Below are positions 28,582 to 37,400 of a stretch of DNA of 55,607 bases, piece after piece. Below the pieces are notes generated by a model that worked only from the letters and a program-made list of their open reading frames with translations, searched no databases and was not told the origin of the DNA. The stretch's first letter is position 1; each line of letters begins with the position of its first letter. Origin of the DNA: Acidimicrobiales bacterium (GTDB taxonomy: Bacteria; Actinomycetota; Acidimicrobiia; Acidimicrobiales; SHLQ01); assembly GCA_051011575.1 (NCBI GenBank), contig JBPCTR010000248.1:1-55607 (forward strand), read 5' to 3'. The position numbers were made by a program, and so were the translations under genes.

Positions 28582-28907
28582 GATGCGAACTCCAGGCCTT
28601 CGTCGAGCAGGGTTTTCCAGAGCGCCTCGTCGCGCCCGGGCACCTGGACCCACTCCTTGAAGACCTTTTTGGCCGGAGCGAATGCGAGCCCAGTGCCGTC
28701 GGCAATCAACGCGGAAACACGCTCGGCGGGCAGTTTCACGACGAGATCGCCCGTGCGGTACTCGGGCATGGCCAGGAAGTCGCCGTTCACCCGTAGGCAA
28801 CGGCTTCGCATCAGCTCGCCTTCCTCGGCGGTCCCGGAGGCCATCAGAGGCTCGGCCAGGTCCCAGAAGAGCGCATCGTCGACATCGGGTGAAGCAGTCA
28901 TGGTCAT
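28578..28907 (-). CDS. Small TfoX/Sxy N-terminal-domain-like protein (109 aa)
   Basis: MRSRCLRVNGDFLAMPEYRTGDLVVKLPAERVSALIADGTGLAFAPAKKVFKEWVQVP resembles the pattern of small actinobacterial TfoX_N proteins (assigned from memory). ATGA overlaps at both ends. Confidence 0.5.
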   Translation of the reverse strand: MTMTASPDVDDALFWDLAEPLMASGTAEEGELMRSRCLRVNGDFLAMPEYRTGDLVVKLPAERVSALIADGTGLAFAPAKKVFKEWVQVPGRDEALWKTLLDEGLEFAS

Positions 28908-29551
28908 ACCTCCGCAAAGGCTCGCACGGTGAACGTGCCAGCTCCCCGAATCTTTGGCGGGACAGCGGTGAATCGCAACCCGGTCATGGGTAGTGCTGCG
29001 AGGTTGGTGAGGTGCTCGATGATCGGAATCTCCCGAGCGAGCAGGATCGAGTGCACGGGGCGATCGCCACCGGCGGTCGAGTCGATGTTCAGCGAGTCGA
29101 TGCCGACGCAGGCGACATTGGCGTCGACGAGCGCACGCGCCGACGCTTCGGTGAGGTAGGGGTGATCGACGGCGTACGCATCGGTTCCGAAGTGCTGCGA
29201 ATGATCCGTGCGCACCAAAACGGCGTGCCCCTCGAGCCCGACGAGTTCGGCAGGGTCCAGCTCGATCGACTGCCGCTCCCGACGGTCGAGACACACGGCG
29301 GGCACGCCGGCCACCTTCTCGAGCGCGAGCTCGGTGAGGTCGTGGCCATCGGCATAACGATGCAGCGGCACGTCGATATAGGTGCCGGTGTTCGTGCAGA
29401 TCTCGACAACGTCGATCTGGAAGGTGATGCCCGGCCCGTAGAGCTCCTCGGCGGCCTCGCGGGTGAGGTGCGGTCGAATAGCCGGGACGGGTAATCCCGG
29501 ATACGTGTTCATGCCCTCGGTGATCACGTGGCTGAGGTCGATGAGTGTCAT
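28904..29551 (-). CDS. Putative cyclase family protein (kynurenine formamidase-like fold)
   Basis: MTLIDLSHVITEGMNTYPG....TNTGTYIDVPLH........L......G.AVLVRTD and GIDSLNID....RPVHSILL...IPIIEHLTNL are the PF04199-type signature. Confidence 0.8.
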   Translation of the reverse strand: MTLIDLSHVITEGMNTYPGLPVPAIRPHLTREAAEELYGPGITFQIDVVEICTNTGTYIDVPLHRYADGHDLTELALEKVAGVPAVCLDRRERQSIELDPAELVGLEGHAVLVRTDHSQHFGTDAYAVDHPYLTEASARALVDANVACVGIDSLNIDSTAGGDRPVHSILLAREIPIIEHLTNLAALPMTGLRFTAVPPKIRGAGTFTVRAFAEV

Positions 29552-30735
29552 GCGGTGAGTCCTGCCCGCAGGCGGAGGTAGACCGCCCGCACTGCGAGTG
29601 CCTCGCGCACCTCGGCGTTGCTCTCGGCCATGAACTCCTCGCGGTACGTGCTGTCGGTGACCAGCGAGACGGCGAATTGAAGGCCCGAGAAGGTGGCCAC
29701 GACACTCGCCACCACAACGTGCAGGCGGGTCAGGACCAGTCGATCAGAGCCGAGTGTCGTCGCTGCGATCTCGACATCGGCGAGTGATGTGAGCGTGGTC
29801 CACTGAAGCATGGTCTGTTCCCGGACGGTCAGGATGCCAAAGCCGAGATAGAAGCCGAAGATGAGCAGCGTCACCAGCGCGACCTGAGCCACAAGCCCCA
29901 CGCCGAGACGGATCGTGAGGTTCCGCTTGGCGGCGGCGTGCAAGGGAACCCGCTTGGGAGCATCCGGGAAGTCGGCCACGGCCAACCCTTCGAGAGGTGT
30001 CTCGTCGAGTTCCGCTTCGACCTCGGCCCAATCGTCGAACCAGCGCAGGATGTTGATCGCCTCCGGCATCGCCCCGAACACGAAAACGATTCCGATCAGC
30101 GCCAGAGCCGACAGCACGATCGTGAACAGCGGCCACGTCAACTCGTTGGCGACCTGCCAGATCTCAGCGTTGAGGAAGAGGAAGGCCGAAAAAAGCAACA
30201 TCAGTGGGAGCGTCCGACCGAGCAGTTGAAGAACCTGACCGAGGTGCTGCCACATGACATCGATCCCCCATCGGACCATCGCGAACAGGCCGAGAGACAC
30301 GATGAGGTACACAACGATCAGCACGATGATGTTGAGAGCTACTACGCCGAGGAAGCCTCCCGAGTCGTCGTGGCCGCCGAGCAGAGCGAGAACTGGCGGC
30401 ACCAACACAAAAAGCGCGAGCTCGCCGATGCCGATGTCTTCGGGCCGAGCGAACGGGCGCCTGCCGCGAAGTCGATTCACGAACATGATGGCTGCCACGA
30501 TCACCCCGAGCCCGGCGACGAAGACGCCGACCTGAGCCCATCCGCTCACGTTGTCGCCGAAGGTGAGAAACATCTCTGCGAAGAACACAAACGACAGAAA
30601 GCCGACGGCGCGTGTCCACACGTCCTCGCTGGCTGAAAAGTCGTCGATGAAGTGCGGGATGCCATTGCGTACGAACCAGTCTTCGGTCTTGTCGACGAGC
30701 CGGCTGGTGTCGCGAGGGCTGGTCACTCCTCGCAA
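29548..30735 (-). CDS. Hypothetical polytopic membrane protein
   Basis: At least 8 hydrophobic spans. The start is uncertain: TTG 30735, or GTG 30724-30726, which forms GTGA with the thrB stop. No family recognised. Confidence 0.6.
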   Translation of the reverse strand: MRGVTSPRDTSRLVDKTEDWFVRNGIPHFIDDFSASEDVWTRAVGFLSFVFFAEMFLTFGDNVSGWAQVGVFVAGLGVIVAAIMFVNRLRGRRPFARPEDIGIGELALFVLVPPVLALLGGHDDSGGFLGVVALNIIVLIVVYLIVSLGLFAMVRWGIDVMWQHLGQVLQLLGRTLPLMLLFSAFLFLNAEIWQVANELTWPLFTIVLSALALIGIVFVFGAMPEAINILRWFDDWAEVEAELDETPLEGLAVADFPDAPKRVPLHAAAKRNLTIRLGVGLVAQVALVTLLIFGFYLGFGILTVREQTMLQWTTLTSLADVEIAATTLGSDRLVLTRLHVVVASVVATFSGLQFAVSLVTDSTYREEFMAESNAEVREALAVRAVYLRLRAGLTA

Positions 30736-31529
30736 ACCGCCCCTCGCATGTCGATGTGCGACACGCTCACCTCGGCACCCGCTGGCAGCGCCGCCGCCAC
30801 CTTCTCGGCCATCGAGGGCTCACAGAGCGCGGCGGCGGTGGGTCCGCTGCCCGACAGCCACGAACACCAGGCACCTGCATCGCGTGCCGCTTCCATGGCG
30901 GCTGCCGTGTTCGGCAGGTTCTCGAGCCGAATCTTCTGGTGAAGGCGATCCTCGGTGGCGAACGCCAGCAGCTCAGCATCACCATTCGTGAGCGCGGCGA
31001 CCAGCAGCGCCGCCCGTCCCATGTTGAACACGGCGTCCTGCATCGACACGTGGCTGGGCAGCTTGCGTCGCGATTCCTTCGTTCCCGAGAGGGTGTCGGG
31101 GATCCACAACACGACGGTGGCCTGCACGCCGAGCGGAATCTTCTCCACCCGGTCTCCCACCGCCACCGTGACGCCTCCGAAGACAGACGGAGCCACATTG
31201 TCGGGATGACCTTCGAGTTCGGTCGCTTCGAGAAACAACCAGCGTCGACACTCGTCGATGGACGTGCCCTTCTGTACGGCAGCGGCCAACAGTCCGGCAA
31301 CCCGCGCCGCGCCCGAGAATCCCATCCCACGAGCAGGCGGGATCGTCGAGCGGATGTCGAGCCCACCGGTTCCACCGAACCGGCGGAAGACCCGCATGGT
31401 CAGATGGTCTTCGCTACCCACGCCCTCAGCGGCGAAGTCCACCTCGAGGTACCGGTCGATCGCCATCCCGAGCACGTCGAACCCCGAGCCGAGGTTCGCC
31501 GAGGAGGCGGGGACACGGATCGTGGTCAT
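30723..31529 (-). CDS. thrB: Homoserine kinase
   Basis: IRVPASSANLGSGFDVLG, GHMP-kinase motif PPARGMGFSGAARVAG, EGHPDNVAPSVFGG and DRLHQ. ATG 31527-31529 shares one nt with the upstream stop (TGATG). No thrA or thrC adjacent. Confidence 0.85.
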   Translation of the reverse strand: MTTIRVPASSANLGSGFDVLGMAIDRYLEVDFAAEGVGSEDHLTMRVFRRFGGTGGLDIRSTIPPARGMGFSGAARVAGLLAAAVQKGTSIDECRRWLFLEATELEGHPDNVAPSVFGGVTVAVGDRVEKIPLGVQATVVLWIPDTLSGTKESRRKLPSHVSMQDAVFNMGRAALLVAALTNGDAELLAFATEDRLHQKIRLENLPNTAAAMEAARDAGAWCSWLSGSGPTAAALCEPSMAEKVAAALPAGAEVSVSHIDMRGAVCEE

Positions 31530-32020
31530 CAGGCGTCCAGAACTCCACCACTCACGATTGGAGGCTCGATCGACCACGGAAACTCGATCCACTTGTCGGT
31601 GCGCTTCCACACGTAGTCGCACTTGATCAGCGATTGCGGCTTCTCGTAGAGGCATGCCGATCGGACGTCGCCGACCTCGCCTTCACAGAAATCGTGAACG
31701 TGGCGCAGCGTGTGGCCAGTGTCGGCCACGTCGTCGGCGATGAGCACGTTCGAGTCGCGCAGGTCGACGGTGTCGAGATAGGGAGGGAGGGTGGTGGGCA
31801 CATCGAGACGCTCGTCGACACCGGTGTAGTACTCGACGTTCATGACGTAGAGGTTCTTCACGGCTAACGCGTAACCGAGCGAGCCGGCCACGAAGAGCCC
31901 GCCGCGAGCGATGGCCAGGATGATGTCTGGCCTGTATCCGTCGTCGGCGACGAGTTGCGCGAGCTCTCGCGCTGCTGTGCCGTAGGTGGTCCAGTCGAGG
32001 ACCTCGCGCTCTGCAGTCAT
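31529..32020 (-). CDS. Phosphoribosyltransferase (Gpt-like purine PRT)
   Basis: ILAIARGGLFVAGSLGYAL, PRPP motif NVLIADDVADTGHTL, and a C-terminal KWIEFPW that resembles E. coli Gpt TWIEQPW. Confidence 0.8.
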   Translation of the reverse strand: MTAEREVLDWTTYGTAARELAQLVADDGYRPDIILAIARGGLFVAGSLGYALAVKNLYVMNVEYYTGVDERLDVPTTLPPYLDTVDLRDSNVLIADDVADTGHTLRHVHDFCEGEVGDVRSACLYEKPQSLIKCDYVWKRTDKWIEFPWSIEPPIVSGGVLDA

Positions 32021-32046
32021 GGAGCTTGACCCTAGCCAAGCGATCC

Positions 32047-33699
32047 TCAATAGGTCCCAGCCAGCCACCAACCCCCGCGCTCGACATGGGCGAGCATCGC
32101 CTCGCCGTCTTCATCGACAAGTTGGAACCGGGCTCGGCGACGAGTTCGGTCGGGATCCCACCAGCGTTCGTCGAGCAACCATGGGCCGGCCCAGGCCACG
32201 ATCTGTTTCCACCGGCGACCGTCGCGGCTGATCGTTGCCGGTTCCCCTGACACCTCTCCCCTACCACTCACCACGACGGACTGCCCGGAGCTGTCGAGCA
32301 CCTCGACAGGTTGTTCAGAGAAGAGTTCGACCGGCGACGGTGCCGGCATCTGCCCCGGCCACGGGCGTTCATCGATCGGCTGCACCTTTCGTTCGGCCAG
32401 GTCCACACTGCCCGCTGGCAGGAGGCCGATCGCATCGTCGGGTTCGCGGCCACCGCGCCACTCGGCAACCTGGACGTTCTCGCTACCCACCAACGCTTCG
32501 AGGCGTGCCACCGCCCGCCCGGCCCGCAGATCGGCTTCGGTCTCACCGCCCCAGAACCCAAGCTGCCTGCCCTTTGCCGGTAGCAGGTCGTCGGGGCGCA
32601 GCACCAGCAGGTTGAGACCACCCGACGGCCGCACGGCCGGCGAGGCGTTGAGCCAACCATCGAGCTGCCACCGGACTCGGTCGGTGAGTGCCCCTACCGA
32701 CAAGGCGCCCTCATGGCGCCAGCCCCGGGCGAGCCGTTCGCCGTGTTCGGTTTCGGCTTCGATCGTGACCCGGCTACAGGCCGCCCCCCTGGCCTCGAGT
32801 CGCCCATGGAGTGTGAGCGCGAGCTGGCGGGCAGCGAACGCGGCCTGATCGATTCGTTCGACCGGTGGGTCGAGCGAGAGGGTGGCGGTCATGTCCTCGG
32901 GCGGGTCGGTGGCATCGGGCAGGGATTCATCGAATCCCGATGCTCGAGCGTGTGCCACCAAACCCGGACGCGAGAAGCGGCCGATCACGTCGGTTCGTTC
33001 GAACGCGGCGAACTCACCGAGGGTGCGCACCCCCAGCCGCCACAGGACGTCGGTGAGATCGGGCATGTCGAGCAGGGTGATCGGCAGCGGCGCCAGGAAG
33101 CCGGGGCTCTCACCCACGGGCACGATGTGGGGAACGGGACTCGAGGTACGGGCGGCGATCCGACCGGCGAACACACCATCGGCGATTCCGATCGAACAGG
33201 TCGTGCGACCCGCGAGGGTGTCGGTGACCGCCTGTTGGATCTTCTCGGCAAGTGGGAGATCGCCACCGAAGTAACGCGACGGCCCGATTGTGGGGAACAG
33301 ACACGTCCCGGGTTGGGTGATCTCGATCCGAGGCGTGAAAGCCTCGACCGCCGCCACCACCTCCTCGAACAGACGGGCCTCGGTGGCGAGATCGCGCTCG
33401 GAGATCGTGAGTTCCGGGCAACGGCCCTGAGCCTCGCGGCGACGCAACCCGCGCACCACCCCCACCGACCGGGCGGCCTCCGACGATGCCACCACCCGAT
33501 TCGCATGCATCACGGCCCCGGGTTCCTCTGGCCGGATCCCCGCCGCCACCACCGGCCAATCAGAACACCAGAGGAGGAGGACGCGCGGTGGATCTGTGAA
33601 TGAGGCCTTGGGCGGAATCAGGCTGCGTTCGTGTTCGCCTGCTTCTGTGTCGAGGCGGGTGAAGGCAGGTTCAGGAAGATAACTCTTGCGGTGTTTCAC
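32047..33699 (-). CDS. imuB: ImuB, Y-family-polymerase-like mutasome subunit
   Basis: The 550-aa product begins with the typical LLLWCSDWPVVAA....A.RS.GV..GLRRREAQGRCPEL block. It lies directly downstream of the imuA'-like gene (GTGA overlap), with the SOS box upstream of the pair. Confidence 0.8.
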   Translation of the reverse strand: MKHRKSYLPEPAFTRLDTEAGEHERSLIPPKASFTDPPRVLLLWCSDWPVVAAGIRPEEPGAVMHANRVVASSEAARSVGVVRGLRRREAQGRCPELTISERDLATEARLFEEVVAAVEAFTPRIEITQPGTCLFPTIGPSRYFGGDLPLAEKIQQAVTDTLAGRTTCSIGIADGVFAGRIAARTSSPVPHIVPVGESPGFLAPLPITLLDMPDLTDVLWRLGVRTLGEFAAFERTDVIGRFSRPGLVAHARASGFDESLPDATDPPEDMTATLSLDPPVERIDQAAFAARQLALTLHGRLEARGAACSRVTIEAETEHGERLARGWRHEGALSVGALTDRVRWQLDGWLNASPAVRPSGGLNLLVLRPDDLLPAKGRQLGFWGGETEADLRAGRAVARLEALVGSENVQVAEWRGGREPDDAIGLLPAGSVDLAERKVQPIDERPWPGQMPAPSPVELFSEQPVEVLDSSGQSVVVSGRGEVSGEPATISRDGRRWKQIVAWAGPWLLDERWWDPDRTRRRARFQLVDEDGEAMLAHVERGGWWLAGTY

Positions 33700-34388
33700 T
33701 TCGCGAGGGGGATGACCTCAGCAACACGTTCGAGACGTTCGATCGTGCCGCTGGGGGCAGGGAGGGCGAAGCGGTCGGTGCGGGAGCGGCCACGGATGCG
33801 ACGGCCCGACGCCTCGACCTCGACGGCACGGCCCTGGAGGCAGCCGTATCCCTGACCGAGGCCTTCCCACTCGATGGGGTCGACATCGATCGACAGGTCG
33901 TACTGCAGCTGCCCTTCATTCCCGCCGGCCGATGCCAGCTCGAACAACACCGACCCGCGCTCGCGGGCCCGCGACGACATACGCCGGTATTCGCTCGGCA
34001 CCACTCGATGGCGGGGGGCGCCGAACATGACCACGTCGACCGCACCGATCAGTGCGCCTATCACTGCAGACCATGTGGCGGCATCGGGGCTGTTGACCAC
34101 CAGGACCCGTTCGATGGCCACACCGACTTCGCGAGCGGCGGCCAGGCCGATGCCGGGAACGTCGACCGCAGCCACCCAGCCTCCGCTGGTGGTGACCCCA
34201 CCGAGCAGCGCCCACGCCATGGCCCGAGCCGAGGCACCACCTTCGACCCGAACCGTCCACCCCCGCTGCAACCCTCCCCCGGGGAGGAGGTCGTGGAACA
34301 CCTCGGGAACGGGCAACACCTGCTCGGCCGCGAGGACGACCGGAGCGATACGACCGATCTGCTCTCGAAGCTCCGCGCTCACTGCCAT
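33696..34388 (-). CDS. imuA': ImuA'-like RecA-fold/SulA-like SOS protein
   Basis: The 230-aa product MAVSAELREQIGRIAP..VLPVPEVFHDLLPGGGLQRGWTVRVEGG.....AWALLGG.....GWVAAVD.PGIGLAAA.E.G matches the imuA' pattern. ATG 34386-34388 lies 10 nt from a perfect LexA box. The upstream 104 codons of the ORF are rejected. Confidence 0.7.
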   Translation of the reverse strand: MAVSAELREQIGRIAPVVLAAEQVLPVPEVFHDLLPGGGLQRGWTVRVEGGASARAMAWALLGGVTTSGGWVAAVDVPGIGLAAAREVGVAIERVLVVNSPDAATWSAVIGALIGAVDVVMFGAPRHRVVPSEYRRMSSRARERGSVLFELASAGGNEGQLQYDLSIDVDPIEWEGLGQGYGCLQGRAVEVEASGRRIRGRSRTDRFALPAPSGTIERLERVAEVIPLAK

Positions 34389-34398
34389 TGACCCAGTA

Positions 34399-34414
34399 TC
34401 GAACAACTGTTCGA
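34399..34414. promoter_or_regulatory. LexA (SOS) box, perfect palindrome, in the imuA'/cyclase divergent intergenic region
   Basis: TCGAACAACTGTTCGA equals the consensus TCGAAC-N4-GTTCGA at 16 of 16 positions. It is 10 nt upstream of the imuA' start and 83 nt upstream of ATG 34498. Confidence 0.75.
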
Positions 34415-34497
34415 CCAAAAGCAACCGGGGCGACGGTGGTCGAGATTGCCCGTCTCGCCACCGCCGCCCCGACCACTCTGCGCGAGACTGACCACTC

Positions 34498-37400
34498 ATG
34501 ACCGACCTCAGTGCCTTCGTTCCCCGCCTCGCGGCGGAGCTGGGTGCAACGCCGGATTCGCACTGGACCAGCGTTCCGGGATCGATGCTCAGCGCCGACA
34601 TCTCGGGGTTCACCGCTCTGTCGGAGAAGCTTGCCGGCAAGGGGAAGGCGGGCGCAGAGGAGATCACCGAGTTGATCAACACCTGCTTCACGGCGCTCAT
34701 CGACAGCGCGTACGACTACGGCGGCGAGGTACTCAAGTTCGGCGGCGACGCCCTCCTCGTGCTGTTCCGCGGCGACGACCACGAGCGCCGCGTTGTGAGT
34801 GCCGGCCAGGCCATGCAGCACGCCCTGCATTCGTCCCCCGCCGCCAAACGCGCCAACCTCACCATGACCGTCGGTGCGGCCGAGGGACCCTTCGACGTCT
34901 TCCTCGCTGGTTCCGACTACCGGGAACTGCTCATCACCGGCACCCGTGCCACCGAAGTGATCCACCTCGAGGGTGAGGCTGCGAAGGGGGAAACGCTCGT
35001 GAGTCCGACCCTCGCCGCCGTGCTCCCTCCCGACATGGTCGGGCGCACTCACGCTGGTGGCCATGAGGTGATCGGCCGGACCGACAATCAAATCACCGGG
35101 CCGCCCGATCGGGTGTCCGACGACCTCGACCTGAGTTCCTTCGTTCCTCCGGCTGTTTTAGAGCAATTCGTTGCCTTCGAGGAGATGGGCGGCGAGCATC
35201 GCCTGGTCACAGTCGGGTTCGCGATGGTTGCGGGGATCGCCGCCGAGATCGATCGGGTCGGTGCGGACGGCACGGCCGCGACCCTGGGCCGACTGGTCGA
35301 CGACATCATGGCCGCCACCGCACCGTTCGGGGTCACGGTTCTCCATACCGATATCGCTCCCGACGGTGTGAAGTTTGTCCTGTGCGCCGGCGCCCCCGTC
35401 AACCCTGGTGATACCGGCGACGCCCTGCTGGAGGCCGCGCTGCGGATCGCCGAGATCGACTCGCCTCTTGTGATTCGCCAGGGGGTGCAGACGGGTCGCG
35501 TGTTCGCGGGTTTCCTCGGTAGCCCCTACCGCCGCACGTACACACTCATGGGCGACCCGGTGAACACCGCGGCCCGCATGCTCGGCAAGGCCGACGACCG
35601 AGACATCGTGGCCGTCGACACCGTCGTGGACGACACTCGCACCATCTTCGCCACCGAGGAGCTCGAGCCGTTCCATGTGAAAGGCAAGACCGAGCCGATC
35701 GTGGCCCACAAGGTCTTCGCCAGCTCCGACGAGGTTCGCCGGCACGGCTCGGCCACCCGGTTGGTCGGCCGCAAGACCGAACTCGACTCGCTCACGCGGG
35801 CCATCGGCGAACTCGGCGAGGTGATTGTCCTCTCCGGCCCCGCCGGGGTCGGCAAGTCGCGCCTTCTCGACGCCGCATGGGACATGGCCGAGGGGCTCAC
35901 GATCTTCCAGGCCGCCTGCACGCCCTATGGGGCAAGCTCGCCATACAGCGTGTTCCGACCACTCCTCCGGAGCGGCAGTGGCATCGACGTACACGCCGAT
36001 CCCGACCACGCCGGCGATCTCCTCACCAAGATCGTCCGCTCCTTCGCTCCAGCTCTCCGCCCGGTGCTTCCCCTACTCGCAATTCCTTTTGGGGCAAAGG
36101 TGTCGAGCACACCCGAGTTCGAGGCGATCGAGCCGAAGTTCCTCCGCGAACGGGTGCACGCTGCGGTGGTCGACTTCCTCGACGCGGTTCTCGACGGACC
36201 GGTGATGCTGGTGGTCGAGGATCTCCACTGGGTCGACGACGCGTCGGGCGACCTGGTATCGCACCTCGTGCGCGCGGCCGAGTCACGGCCGTGGGCCGCC
36301 ATCGTTACACGCCGTCCGGAGGGCGAATGGGTGCCGCCGGAATCGGCGCACCTCTCCGAGCTCGCCCTCGACCCGCTCGACGACGACGACATCCGCTCGC
36401 TTGCGATTCAGGTGTGCGCCCGGGCACTCACCGACCACGAGCTGGACGAGATCGCGGCTCGTGCAGCCGGCAACCCACTGTTCGCGATCGAGCTCACGGC
36501 CGCACTCGACGGGGGATCGGTCGACGCACTGCCGGACTCGATCGAGGGCATGATCGCCACTCGCATCGACAGTCTCGACCCCGCCGAGCGCCGACTCGTG
36601 CGACTCGCATCGGTGTTCGGGCAGACGTTCGCCGTCGCCGACTTCACCGCCGTGTTGACCGATGTGGCACCGGAGCTGACGTTCCGACCCAAGCCCATCG
36701 CCGACCTGCTCGAACCCGGACGCAACAAGACGATGCGGTTCACACACGCCCTCTACCGCGACGTTGCGTACGAGGGCCTTCCGTTCCGACGACGAACTCG
36801 ACTCCACGCCACCGTCGGCCGGAGCCTCGAGGACCGAGCCAAGGACCCAGACGCGATCGCGGGGCTGTTGTCTCTCCACTTCGCCGAAGCCCGGGTCCGC
36901 GAGAAGGCGTGGCACTACTCACTGATTGCCGGAGAACGTGCAGCCAGTACCGGCGCGAACATTGAGGCGGCGGCCACGTACCGACGCGCCCTCGACTCTG
37001 CGCCGCGATCCGTTGACCCGGGTGAGCGGGCGGAGGTCAGTGAGCGTCTCGGCGACGCCGCATGGAGTTCCGGCAAGTTCGAAGATGCGGTTCACGCCCT
37101 GCAGCGTGTTCGACGACTCTCCACCGACGAAGCAGTCGATCTGCGTGCGCGGCGGAAGATCGGAATGATCCGTGAGAACGAAGGCCGCCAGACCCAGGCG
37201 CTGTCCTGGTACACCCGCGCTCTACGCACGCTCGATGATCGACAGGTATCCCCAGAGGTCGAGGCCGAGCGCGGTCATCTCTTGATCGCAACGGCCGGTA
37301 TTCGACACCGCCAAGCGGACGATAAGACAGGCCTTGCATTGGCGGAGGAGGCCGAGCGAATCGCTCTGAGAATCGACGACGCCTCGGTTCTCGCATCTGC

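Noticed and set aside
33916-36965. ORFs 33916-35091 (-, 391 aa), 35158-36009 (-), 35877-36965 (+, 362 aa) and the 104-codon upstream extension of imuA' (34389-34700)
   Set aside because: These are shadow frames over imuA' and the cyclase gene. The imuA' extension would run through the LexA box and into the divergent cyclase gene.
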